Origin: the human T2T-CHM13v2.0 reference genome, Homo sapiens
Direction: 5' to 3' (one strand)
Assembly (NCBI RefSeq): GCF_009914755.1
Contig: NC_060931.1
Length of the DNA: 64,000 bases
The notes under the pieces are model-generated. The model saw only the letters and a list, made by a program, of their open reading frames with translations, was not told the origin of the DNA and did no database searches. Shown piece after piece: positions 12,868 through 24,960 of the stretch. How positions within the stretch are numbered: position 1 is the stretch's first letter; each line of letters starts with the position of its first letter. A program made the translations under genes and the position numbers.

Positions 12868-13082
12868 TAGTGGTTAGCCGAAACAGATATCAGGCCAGCC
12901 TGAGCTTGTTTCCAGTTTCTATTAACTACTAGCCATAGTTAAGCTATCTAACTTTTTATGTCTAGTTTTTTCCTCTGTATCATAAAAGCAGCTATTTCAG
13001 AATATCACTGGAAGAAATTAAATATGATAATGCTTGTAAAGAGCATAGAATAATGCCTGGTAACAATACCTGCCCAATAAAC
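12868..13082 (+). mobile_element. MIR
   Basis: AGTGGTTA...CCTGAG...TTTCCTCTGTA...ATTAAATATGATAATGCTTGTAAAG..CATAGAATAATGCCTGG. Confidence 0.7.
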
Positions 13083-13224
13083 TACAAAGCAAGGGGTTCA
13101 TTTAGGATGGGACTCCTCGAAAAATGGTTACTAATTACATAATATTTGTATTAATGGACACTAATTATGCTTGTATATTTGTATTTGTATATTTTATACT
13201 TTCTGTGTTGTTGTATATTTTTTT

Positions 13225-13360
13225 CTCTTTTGATTCTAAAACACAACTGTGAGACAAGCAATGAAGGTATCGATATCTTAACAATGAGGCAACAAGGTCT
13301 CAGAAATAGTGACCTATTCATTGTCACACAACTTGCTATGGACTGGGTCAAGACATTTTG
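13225..13360 (-). mobile_element. MIR fragment
   Basis: ACAACTGTGAGA...CAATGAGGCAACAAGGTCTCAGA...GTCACACAACT. Confidence 0.55.
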
Positions 13361-15047
13361 CTAGAATATTTGTCATTGTCTGATATCTATTGCACATGGG
13401 CATTGAATCTTTATCTGATCATGTTTCAAACAGAATAAAGCTCAGAATCTGCTCAAGGTAGGCACATCACCTACAAACAGTTTATAAGACGTTAAGATGA
13501 AATGAATTATCAACAACTATCTCAATATGTATAAAAATTTCAATGAGATTTTTAGCTCAGCTTAAAATATACAACAAATTACAAATAACTGTGGTAAAAT
13601 TCATAAATATGTGTTGAATTTTAATGGCACCAAGTCCTTTTTGGAAATGGGAAGATTGTACATTGTGAATGTAAAAATGATTTTTAAAAAATACGCATCT
13701 TCTTAGCGGGGGGGTTGTAATGTTTTACTAACTTTGCTTGGTGTGTGTCTCAGTCTACCTTGAATCTCCCTTTGTTTGTGGTTGGTCACCTTCTCCAGTG
13801 CTTTGTGCTGTCATTGTTTCTCCTTCTAACTTCGCTGCTGCTTCTCTTGGGAAAGATTCAGTCTGTGTTGCTTTGCATGTTTCAGAGACTTATAGACTTC
13901 CTTTAGCCATAACGGAATATTTGCTTATTATTACTAGGGTTTACTGTCCTTTCTGCAAATGCCTATAATCTGATGAATCACTATTTTCTAGTGGAATTTG
14001 TTTTCATATTAAAATATGTTTTTCTGCTTTCTTCTCAAACAGGATACCATGGTAGATACTTCTCCTTCGCATGTTTAATTACTTTGGTAATTTGCCCACT
14101 TGGTATTTGCATAGGCTCCAGTGGCCAACACAGCCTTCTTTTACTGTTTCTACAGCATGGGAGAGACTTTCATCCACCCTCACCTCAGGAAATCCTCTAT
14201 TTTGAGCTGGAAAAAAAAACGCTGCTGAGCAGAACCACCAGAGTCAGTTCTTTTCAGGAAATAGCAAAACTGTGCCCGTTGTATACTTCCTTAAAATAAA
14301 GAAGGCTATACATCAAAATTTGTGGCGATATGCCTAATTTCTTCTATTTTCAACTCTTCACCATACATTACTTGTGGTTTAAAATAAACATACAAACCCA
14401 AATACATTCATTTTTAAGAATTTTTGTTAAACGTGAGACAACAAAATGAAAGATTTGTCATAAATAAAAACGTCTTGTTAGGGTGATGTGGTAGCTCTGA
14501 GTTGGAAGATGCCATAAATATTAATATTTGTTATTGACATAAATATTCAACATGTTTTTGTTCAACAGTAGGTATATATTTGTGAAATACAGTGAGGACC
14601 ACTTTAGTCTTAAAAGTAGGGAAGGGAGGTCACTTGATGGCTTCTCTACAGTCCCCTTCAACCATTCCCCATTATATTGAGAATAGGGCAAAGGAGCATT
14701 GCGTAACTTGAGAAGGGAGCCTGGAATGTTTGCATCTTCTCAAAGAGTACAGTAATTAAGATCAACAAAGCAGGTTTGTTTTATTTGGCCTTCACAGGAT
14801 CCTTTTCAAAAATTTTGGCTTATCTTCAAAGGATTATTTTAATAGCTGAAAAGTTCAAACTCTCACACCTTAAATAAATAAAACATGGAAGTGACTGTTT
14901 GCTACAAAAATGATTTTAGGGAAAACTAATCTAACTAAAAATTGGCACTGAGTGCAGAAAGTTCCATCATCTTGAGCAAAGCATGCAGAGAGCCTGGGTG
15001 GTGTAGAGCAGGAAAGGGTGGAACTCTGACAACAGCTACAGAAAATA

Positions 15048-15385
15048 CAGTAGCCTCCATTATCTGTGGTTTTGCTTTCTGCAGTTTCAGTAACCTGTGA
15101 TCAAAAGTGGTCTGAAAATAGGTTAGCACAGTACAGTAAGATATTTTGAGAGAGAGACCATATTCACATAACTTTTACTACAATATATTGTTATAACTGC
15201 TCTATTTTATTATTAGTTATTGTTGTTAATCTATTACTGTGACTAATTTGTAAAATAAACTTTATCATAGGTATATGTGTATAGGAAAAAAACAGACTAT
15301 ATATAGGGTTTGGTATTATCTAGGGCTTCTGGCATCCATTGGGGGCAGTTGGAAAGTATCTCCCATGGGCAAGGAGAGAATACTG
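15048..15385 (+). mobile_element. MER44A (Tigger7-derived non-autonomous Tc1/mariner element), full length
   Basis: CAGTAG...TTATC and ...AAGG..AATACTG terminal inverted repeats. TA target duplication at 15046-47 and 15386-87. Internal GATATTTTGAGAGAGAGACCA..TTCACATAACTTTTA. Confidence 0.92.
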
Positions 15386-15537
15386 TATTTTTTCCTTATC
15401 TTCACAAGTGGTGGGCCAAAATCTGATATACTACTTTCTTCAAGCATACTCCTGAGGTTTTCCTGTTTGAGAGCCTGGCATTACATTAATTCCCTTTTCC
15501 GTAACCACACTCTGAATACACTTGATTAGGGTCAGCT

Positions 15538-15630
15538 TTTCTCACCCTCCCTCCCTCCTTCTCTCCCTCCCTCCTTTCTTTTCCTTCCTTCCTTCCTTCC
15601 TTCTTTCCTTCCTCCTCTTCCTCTCTTTCT
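15538..15630. repeat. (CCTT)n/(CCCT)n polypyrimidine tract
   Basis: Directly visible. Confidence 0.85.
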
Positions 15631-16339
15631 TATTTGTCAATATCACATCCTTATCATCTCAAACATCAAATTCATGTGCCATTAGAATAAAGGAACTGTT
15701 GGAACAATGATGCCTTACTTCACAATATGTCTTTGTACAATATTGCTTTGCATATTTCTGAATCATAGGAGATTCATTAGAAAAGCAACTTAAACATTTT
15801 TTTTGTGTGTGGGCAGGATGAGAAATCATCTAGTGTTACCTGTCATGTCTTCTTGTCCAGTGGTAGTACATAAGCCCAGGGACAATGGTTTTCCATTTAT
15901 CATATTGCCAGAACAATTGTCCGAGTGATTGTGGAGATAGCTTCCAGGAAATTCACTGGCTGGTAACTGATCATTGTTGGGATATTGCCTATGACTCTCC
16001 CTTTTTGCCACTTCATACTTCATGACTTATACCATGGAGGTTGATTCTTAGTGCTGACAACACTGAGGTCAAGAGCAGCCAGCCTCCTTGTCCCTGGGTG
16101 CTCACAGTGCAAAATCTGAATTTGGGTCCTTTCTTGAAAGTCTAGCACCACAGGGCATGTGAGTCCCACACGACCACAAAGGATGGAGCTGAGCCATAGT
16201 GCTCCTTTAGATAGGACATTTGTTCATCCATTCAAAGGAGGCCAGCCGGGCATGTTCATTCACTTGTCCTGACTAGCCCCTGTAGGCATTCAACTTTGAC
16301 ACAATTGAAAGACAAGATCATCTCATGTTAGAATCAAGT

Positions 16340-16560
16340 TTTTAAAAAATTTCATGAAGAATAACAGACATAAAGTGTGCACACATTAAGGTACACTTCA
16401 CTGAATTTTTACAAACCAAACACACCCATGTAATCAGCATCACGATTAAGAAATAAAACGTTGTGAGCATCTCAGATGTTCTTGTGTGTCCTTCCAGTGA
16501 CTACCCCTAACAACAGCATCCTGATGTCTCACTGGCCCTGGTTTTGACTGCATTTCTGAA
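16340..16560 (-). mobile_element. Old L1M (L1MC/MD-like) 3' UTR fragment
   Basis: AAAGTGTGCACACATTAAGGTACA...GAATTTTTACAAAC..AACACACCCATGTAATCAGCA. Confidence 0.65.
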
Positions 16561-17662
16561 ATGTTTACTAACTCTTTAAGTATATGCTGCTTCATTTGAT
16601 CCTTACAACAACACTGGGAGATTGGTAGGGCCAGGTAGTCAATCAGGTAAACACTGTTACTTTTATTCAATACCATCTTTTGCTGCTTTCATGATGACAT
16701 TTGGGCAAGGTATTTTGTGAGTAACCTAAAGAAAATCCAACTGAAAATCTCCTAACTTACTGAAGTGACAAAATTTGAGACATTATGTAACAAATAAAAC
16801 CCAACCCATGGAAAATACCTATTATTTCCAGCAGTGGGAGACTCAACTGTTGCTAAACTTCTGTTTTCCCCAGGCTTTTATTCATGTTGCTTGGTTAAAG
16901 GGCTATTATTATTAGAAGTGAAGAATCCAGTTGTTAGAACATTTGCTGTGGCTTTACGCTTGAATCTCAAAAGTTTGTATATTAGTGAGATACTGCAATG
17001 ACTGTGAAAATACATAAAGCATTATTTTTATGCTTAGCATGAGACATGTAATACTTCCATTTGGGGAATTTATTTTGAAGGAAATGGCTCATTAGACCAG
17101 AAAATGCCTATTTTGTTTTCATTTCATTTTTTTAAAGATGTCTGTGCATGTTTGCATAGCAGGTAGAGTTAAAAACCCACTGTAGCAGGATTTCAGCTGT
17201 TTTTTCTTCCCTTTCAAAAACAATAACAGAAAGGGAAATTTATGTATAATATACCATAATTTACTCAAATTTAATGAATGCATACAATTTTTCATCCTCA
17301 AGTATTAATTATAGAGGAATTTACTGTAATTTATGATGCATTAGAAGATTATTTTTTGAAGAGACCTTAGCCAAAGCCAATGGCAACTCTAGCTCTCGTT
17401 TATAATAATGGAGTAACTGCATTGAAACTTGACTTTTTCATTCTAATCATGTAATTGGAAAATAACATTTAACATACCCCCAAACATAATGAACTCATTA
17501 AAAGGCTTTTTATTTGTTATTTTACAATGGTTTAAAATAATTACAATGTTTTAAACAAAATTTTAGCCAGTATTTTTCTTAGTCCTTTATAGTCTAACAA
17601 ATAGTGGTGGAGTATATAGCAACTTGCATGGTATTGTGTCTCAATAATTAATAGATTTTAAA

Positions 17663-17950
17663 TTTTTTATTTCAAAGTTTTTGGGCTACAGTGGATTTTG
17701 GTTACATGGAGAAGTTTTTTAGTGGTGATGTCTGAGATTTTGGTGCACCTGTCACCTGAGCAGTGTACACTGTACCCAATATGTAGTCTTTTATCCCTCA
17801 CTACCCTGCTCCCCTCCCCCCAACAAGTCCCCAAAATTCATTATATCATTCTTATGCCTTTGTGTCCTCATAGCTTAGCTCCCACTTACAAGTGAGAACA
17901 TATAATATTTGGTTTTCCATTCCTGAGTTACTTCACTTAGGATAATGGCC
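17663..17950 (-). mobile_element. 5'-truncated L1PB-like 3' end
   Basis: GGTTACATGGA..AGTTTTTTAGTGGTGAT..CTGAGATTTTGGTGCACC...CTCATAGCTTAGCTCCCACTTA.AAGTGAGAACAT...TTCACTTAG.ATAATGGCC. Confidence 0.88.
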
Positions 17951-19178
17951 CATTTTTCTCTTTTACATAAAAGAAAACCAAGTTTTCTCAAGGTTGGTAT
18001 AAAGAAGTAGACCAGTTATTGAATAGTGGAAGGTAGATTTTATGGTCTTCTTTTGGGGGATTTTTTCCATATTTACCCCTACTCTACTCCTAACTCTAAC
18101 TCTTATCCTAATTTTGTCCTGAGAAGAGGGTGTAGTGTTGTTCTGGGTATTCCACTCTGATTCAACTGTGAACGTGTAATCTTTACCTTTATAACCTGCA
18201 GTGCAGTTGAAATCAGGCAGTCAGACAGAACTTTATTAAAGGATAACAAAATGGAAATAATTTTTTTTTAAATAGCATGAACTAGACTATTTGGCTTCTG
18301 GGAAAGAACATATTTTCAGCTTGTATTTTCTGACAAGGATACCACAGCTCTTTTGTAGCTCCCTATATGCCTGTCCCTAAATGACGGAAGACATATTTGA
18401 CCACTGCTTCGTGGAAACACCTTTACAAACATCTAGAACTCTCAAAGTCAATAGAACAATCTAGAGGCAGAAATAAAGCTGCCTCTTTTTGCTTTCACAT
18501 TTCTTGTTTAAAGACTTTTTTCTTGGTGATTAATTGACAGAGGACCCCTCAGGAGAGAACTCACCTTCCATAGAAGCAGGCTCATGACTTGCAGCCTCCA
18601 CAGGAGAACCATTTAATAATCTCATCCCAAACCTCCATAAACATACACATTGTGCACATATGTAGAAGAGTTTTGTATTTTTGACCCATGTGGGAAATCC
18701 TTTCATTTCTGTATCACAGTGAGATACCCATATTTCTTGCTATCTGTGCAGAAAAAGGAGGGATTCTGTCATAGTGAGGAGGGAAAATTGTTTTTTATTC
18801 CAGCCAGAAAAAGATCAACTAAAGACAGATCAACTAAAATCTTGACTAATGTTTGTATAGCTATGCAACATAGTCATCTTTGGTCCCTTCCAAACCATGG
18901 GACTTGACACATTGCACCAACTTTCTCCCTTTTCTGAGGCTCCACTCTGATGAAGGTGCTTCGTGTACTCTGCTTCATGGGAGATGGGGATTTTTCTGTG
19001 ATCAGGTTTTTTACCAGCTTTGGAGGGGGTGCAGGGTATGCTCTGTCTTCTTAGATAAACATAGTGTTAATTAATCTTTTATATGCCATTTATAGACACC
19101 CAACTTAACCAGAGTAAGGAAGAAGGAATTGGTTTATGTAGCCAGGAAATATATTAAGATAGTTGTTCTTTCAAAGAT

Positions 19179-19572
19179 TGATATGGTTAGTTAGGCTTTT
19201 TGTCCCACCCAAATCTCATCTTGAATTGTAATCCCCATAATCCCCGCATGTCAAGGGACAGTGCAGGTGGAGGTAATTGAATCATGGGGGCGGTTTCCCT
19301 CATGCTGTTCCTGCGATAATGAGTGAGTTCTCACGAGATCTGGTGGTTTTATAAGGGGCTCTTCCCCGTTCGTTTGGCACTCGTTTTTCCTGCTGCTTTG
19401 TGAAGAAGGTGTCTTGCTTCCCCTTCCCGTTCTCCTTCCCCTTCCACGATGATTCTAAGTTTCCTGAGGCCTCTCCAGCCATACTGAACTGTGAGTCAAT
19501 TAAATCTCTTTCCTTTATAAATTGCCCATTCTCGGGTATTTCGTCATAACAACAGGAAAACGGACTAATACA
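19179..19572 (+). mobile_element. THE1 (THE1C-like) MaLR solo LTR with perfect 5-bp TSD AAGAT
   Basis: TGATATGGTTAG...CCCAAATCTCATCTTGAATTGTAATCCCC...CGGACTAATACA. AAGAT at 19174-19178 and 19573-19577. Confidence 0.95.
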
Positions 19573-20138
19573 AAGATGAATATTCAATAAGGACTGGAAC
19601 CAGGAATCCAGTACTACCTGATTTAGTACTACCTGTTCGTTCATCTCCCATCTCTGCAGCTCTCTGCTTGGTTGCACTCTCTATATAGTCTCTCTTAGCT
19701 CTCCTGGTAAAAAGGTTATTTGCCTAAATTTTCATTTACTTATTCTAGGACAGTACTGTCAGTTTTGCTTGTCATGGCCTACGTCTTGGAACAATCACTG
19801 CTGAGGGTCAGTTCCAAACACATGGGAGAAGCTCTGGGGCCAGAAAAAGAAGAGGAAGGTTGAGGAATTTTGCTGGTTGACAAAAAAAGAGAAAATCTTT
19901 AATAACTTTTCAGAAAGCAAAACCAAAATTCACTACAATAGAGACTAAATATTTGTTCCCCTGAAGATTGATTCCCTTTTGTCTTTCCCCCAAGTACTTT
20001 AAATTCAGAAATTAATTGCTTAAAACAGCTAGTTTGGCAACAGAATAGGAGCAAAACAAATGAATAAAAATGGACATAGACTGGCTATTTCTATCAGGGA
20101 GAAATGGAGGAAATCATTTATTTTGACCATCCTAATAA

Positions 20139-20399
20139 TTGCTATAGAAAGTAACATGATTGATTTAATGGTAATATTGAGTTAGGATTGAGTAACAAGG
20201 TGGCCTAAATATAGAGAATAATCATGCTGTGACCCAGCTCACCTGTGTTGTGGAGCGTATGCTACTTTGGGGAAAGGGATCTTCAGGTGTTGTAGTTTTA
20301 CGCATTTAATCTGGTAGAAAAGGACCTCCAGGTGGTATACTTTTATGCATTTAATCTGGGGAAAAGGGATCACAGCTGGTATACTTTTCCATCAGGTTC
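20139..20399 (+). repeat. Local dispersed duplication, copy 1 (261 bp)
   Basis: Aligns to 21795-22053 with 9 substitutions and one 2-bp indel by hand count. Confidence 0.95.
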
Positions 20400-20629
20400 A
20401 AGCATTCGGGAATGCAGGAGAGAACCTTCCCCTCAAAATTTGTTACTGATAATCAAAGGAAACAGATATACTTCTGGATTCTTTTGTGATATCCCTAGAG
20501 AGCTGTCGCTATTGACATATACTATTTTTATTAAACCTCAACCTATTGAGGCCACTGATATTTTGTGAGAAGTAATGCCCACTAATTTCAAACATTACTT
20601 TAGAGAGGAAACAGACCAATTTACGTAAA

Positions 20630-20745
20630 ATAATTCACAGAAAGCCAATTAGCTTACAACTGTTTTGCGGAAAGCCAATTTGCCAAATAACCAATTTGCC
20701 TAAAACTAATTTGCTAAAAATCAATTTACTGAATGACTTATTCTC
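20630..20745. repeat. Degenerate ~15-bp tandem array (AAAGCCAATTTGCC-like)
   Basis: GAAAGCCAATTTGCC AAATAACCAATTTGCC TAAAACTAATTTGCT AAAAATCAATTTACT. Confidence 0.7.
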
Positions 20746-20894
20746 CAAATTATTGAGGATTAAAAATAATTTTTGGTTTCGCCACTGTTCCCACTTCTGC
20801 CAGTACCCTTTATAGCCACAGTTGCCCAGATGGGGTGTTTGTCTCTAGGGGTAAAACAGCTACAAACTGTGCCAAGACCTGTTCCAAGGTATTA

Positions 20895-21030
20895 CATTTT
20901 CAATTTTAGAGAAAAGGAAACTGAGGCTTAGATAATTTAATTAACTTGCTTATTTAAGTAAATTATGAATCTAGACTATTAAGTACAGAAGTTTTTCTGG
21001 CTCCAAAGCATCTGCTGCTGTCAGCCATTG
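20895..21030 (-). mobile_element. MIR fragment
   Basis: ATTTTAGAGAAAAGGAAACTGAGGCTTAGA...TTAACTTGC...CTGGCTCCAAAGC. Confidence 0.65.
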
Positions 21031-21794
21031 TGTCATGCATTGCTTGATCATCTGTAGTGTGTTGAATACTGTGACCGTATTGGAGAATTAGCTAAGGAAA
21101 AATAAGTCCTTAAAAACCAAAAGCTTTAATGAAAAGAAATGAGATAAATCAGAAAACATAAAACCAGTGTATTATCTAACACTCTGTGAGGAAATGGGAT
21201 ATTTGGATTGGTTAAATATTCTGTTTAAAATAATTACATATATTATACATTGGTAGAGATATCGAAATATGATAACATAAAAATACACAGTTCTACATCT
21301 TTATGGGAAAGAATGAAACTTTAGTATTTATTTTAGGTTGATTTGGAAGACTGCTGAGCTTGGAGTCATTATTTGGATCAAGAGGAGGTCAGATTCAGAG
21401 TTTACTTTGAGCCAAGGTCCAAAACGTAGTTAAAATATTGAGAGAAGAAAGTTATAAATTCATTTGAGAAATTTTATCAGCTATCAAACAAAATCATTAC
21501 TAACAAAACTTTTGGGAATAACTCCCAGAAGCTGGGGTAGGGAGGGTACCATTACTTTGAATTAGCCCATTGTCAGAATGGCATCTTCCAGTGGTTGGGA
21601 GTGGTTATTGTCTTTTCTCGCAGAGTAAGAGCCTAAGGTACAGTTCAATGACCTCAGACAACAGTGACACTGAGGCTGATATGATACAGGTCTGATGGGC
21701 TGAGGCATCCTTGAGCCTAAGAAAACTGTGTCATTTTTCAACAGTAACTACAGTAGAACAAAAAGTCTATTTACATACTCAGATTTAATGCCTG

Positions 21795-22053
21795 TTGCTA
21801 TGGAAAGTAACATGATTGATTTGATGGTAATATTGAGTTAAGATTGAGTAACAAGGTGGCCTAAATATAGAGAATAATCATGCTGTGACCCAGCTCACCT
21901 GTTTTGTGGAGCGTATGCTACTTTGGGGAAAGGGCTTCAGGTGTTGTAGTTTTACACATTTAAGCTGGTAGAAAAGGACCTCCAGGTGGTATACTTTTAG
22001 GCATTTAATCTGGGGAAAAGAGATCACAGCTGATATACTTTTCCATCAGGTTC
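21795..22053 (+). repeat. Local dispersed duplication, copy 2 (259 bp)
   Basis: Near-identical to 20139-20399. Confidence 0.95.
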
Positions 22054-24149
22054 TGGGAATATCCTTCTTTTGCAAGGGAGGATATATTCTGGCTAAGTGT
22101 TTACTAGCTCTTTAAGAAAAAGAGAATTTTAGAAACTGTCTTCTGGTATTTAAATGGGAAACAGGACTTCTGTACTATATATTGTACTGCATATATTGCA
22201 CTCTGTGATACCTTTGAATGAATTAGAAAATGAAGCACCTTTGAGGGATATGTGCAATTTGGCCAGTGAAATCTGGGCTGCACTCAGCTCCCCTGGTTTC
22301 TTGGCCGAGTGTCTTTGTACAGAGCACTGTCCTGTACATGTTTTTGAGTACTGCTCAACCATGTTTTTCCTTTCCTATGCCCACATTGTGACCAACAAAA
22401 TTACCACACTAATTACAATCTAGTTTCTAAAAGTACTCTCCTCCAAGTCAATTGTATATGCTTCCCAAATATTTTATAATATTATTAAGTTCTAATTGCT
22501 TTTGAATTGCTGATTGCTGTTCTTTCTTAGTTATTCATATTTATTTTAAATAAATTTATTTTATAGCATATTGATGTAAAAATGACCTATGATCACTATG
22601 TTTAAGAAGTACAGTAAGTCAGAAAATGTAATCAGAAAATGTAATACCAATATATTTCTAACACTCTGCGAGGGGATGAGATATTTAGATTCAGCCACAC
22701 TAATTACAATCTAGTTACAATCTAAAAGAAAAAAGAAAGGTATCTCCCAGCCTGCATTTTCATCTTCTAGAAACAGCTACTGCAGGACTAGTCACTAGGG
22801 GCTAAATAATTTGCCGAAGTTCTAATCATCAATAAGCAAGGGAGACAGGATGGGGTTGGCCCTTTAACTTAGGGACCTGCTTTCTAAAACACTACACTTC
22901 TTCTTAAGCATTTTCAATCTCTCCATTGTTTCCTTTGGATTTTTCTCAGTTAGTGCCACAGAAAAATTGCATCTCTCTTTTTATTCTCTCTCCCTTTTGC
23001 TAGTTGGAAATCCCATATGATCCCGGTCAAGTCAAGTGAGTACAAGAATAGAGCTAATGATATGTCTTCATTAAATAAAATTAAAGTTTTACCTTTTGTA
23101 GTGAAATTAGACAATATCGGGAAGCAATGACATCAACCCTTAAAATATCTTGAGTCCTCTTCAGAATCTATAATGACATCTTCTACTGCCTCTTCCTCTT
23201 ATAATTAAAAATTTAATTTAATTTACCTTAAGCACCAATGTTCAAGGGAAATTTCTTATTAAATTTTATTGTACTTCTTATTTTCCAAATGTATAGCAAC
23301 TTTTACCTCACTTTATATGAATGAATTTGGATATTGCTTCAAACTTCTTTCTTAAGCTCAAATACTTCTTTGGAGTTTATGTGCATAAAGTATGGGATAG
23401 AGTCATAAAAGCAGCTTTATTTCTATGTAGTTGATTGATTGGTAGAAGAAGTTTATTGCACTGCAGTCAGCATTATAAGCGTTACTGGACTATATTGCAC
23501 TTAAATGCTTTCTCTGTGTGGGCTCTTTTATGTCTTTATGTATTTAATTTTATTTATTGCATTTCAGCTTTCTACTCCATGGCATGTCGATTTACAATAT
23601 AGACTGTTGACTTATTTTAATATAAATTTAATAAATTTTAATAAAATTTTGTTATATATTTGGACATGGGATGTGAAAAACTTTTGTAGTGACAAACACT
23701 ATTTCTGTTTTTGCCAAAACAGAGATAGTTTTGACAAAGTGACATAATCCCTATTTTACAGACTTTATTTATGATGGATATTTAATAAGTTTTACTAACT
23801 TTTCGAAAAATTTTCAGAGTGATAAATTTTCACAGAAAGTAGGGGTAAAAGCTTCTGTTCAACTCTGTCCCTGACTCAGATCGCCTCTAGCTTTTGCTTT
23901 CCTGTAGCAGAATTGAGAAAGGTGGGACCCCAGAAATCCTGGTCTTAGAAGAGCTGTGACCTCTCCCTAAAGAAAGAATGCGCTCTATAAACGAATACAG
24001 CTTACCACTCTACATTTACTATACAGTAGGGAATATGAGAAAATATAATAATAACTATAGTGCTTTAAGATTAAATGTGAGCTTAACCTTAATTAATATT
24101 TACAATATTTAAGTACTGGAGTTTTCTTAAAGCCACTCATTTGTTTCCA

Positions 24150-24960
24150 TAGATTTCACTTTTTTCTTTTATACACCATATTTTATGTGTTTATGCATTT
24201 TTAACTTGTATAAATGGCATGATAGTTTAGACCTTTTATTTTCTTTTTTCTTTTGCTTAAACTATGTTTTTAAGATCTTTCCATGTTTATTTGTATTTCT
24301 AGTTCATTGCTTCTAAGCAAGGCATAATATTTTATGGTATGCATTTACCATACTTTACTTATGTGTTTTTAGGCAACCGTGTGAGTGATTCTTTCTGGAT
24401 ATACTCTGGAGACGAATTACTAGGTCATTGGTTACACCACTCTGATTTTTACTAAATACTGCCAGATTGTTCTCCAGAATGACTGTGCTAATTTCATTTC
24501 TACATTTTGGCTAACTCTTGGTATTACTCAACTTCTAATTTTTGTGACTCTGATGGATATAAAGGGGTATTTTAATTTGAACTTTTTTCTAGTATTAGGT
24601 TGAGCAATTCTTCAATATTTGTTCAGCTATTTGCATTCCAATCTGAATTCCTCTTCCTGTCTTTTGCTCATTTTTTTTTTTTTCTATCAGGCTTCCAGTC
24701 TTTTCCTTGACTTCTTGTAAGAAACTCTTTTGGGGTGCCAATATTAATTCCTAATTAACTCTTGGTTTTGAAAAGTTCTTCCACCCTCCTGGTCTGTCAA
24801 CCATTAGTCTATGGTAATTTTGACAAACAGAAATTCTAAATTTTGGTTTAATCTTTGCCCTACTGGCCTTTTTGGATCTTAACAAGTCCTTCTTCATTCC
24901 AAAGTCACAAAGATTTTTACCCATAATTGCTTTTATTAGCTTCATATTTCCTCCACTAAT
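24150..24960 (-). mobile_element. Ancient L1ME-like fragment (ORF2 3' end/3' UTR)
   Basis: T-rich. TATGTTTTTAAGATCTTTCCATGT, CTGGATATAC..GAATTACTAGGTCA, AAATACTGCCAGATTGTTCTCCAGAATG, CCAAAGTCACAAAGAT. Confidence 0.75.

Noticed and set aside
14020-14090. + strand acceptor-like sites (14042, also 32058 and 34753) as exons
   Set aside because: Polypyrimidine-AG motifs are frequent in AT-rich DNA; paired donors are weak and there is no coding signal.
18074-18112. Interstitial telomere-like hexamers (CCTAAC/CTAACT)
   Set aside because: Only a few very degenerate units; compatible with chance simple-repeat slippage.
18810-18840. AGATCAACTAAA x2, and similar micro-duplications such as AGTACTACCTG x2 at ~19611-19636
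   Set aside because: Common slippage micro-duplications with no further structure.
20268-20392. CRISPR-like repeat-spacer array
   Set aside because: Eukaryotic DNA; the units are contiguous diverged tandem repeats without unique spacers, and there are no cas genes.
20139-22053. The two 260-bp copies as LTRs of a small retroelement
   Set aside because: No TG...CA termini pair, TSD, PBS or PPT was seen. The intervening DNA contains an ancient MIR, so it looks like ordinary genomic sequence.
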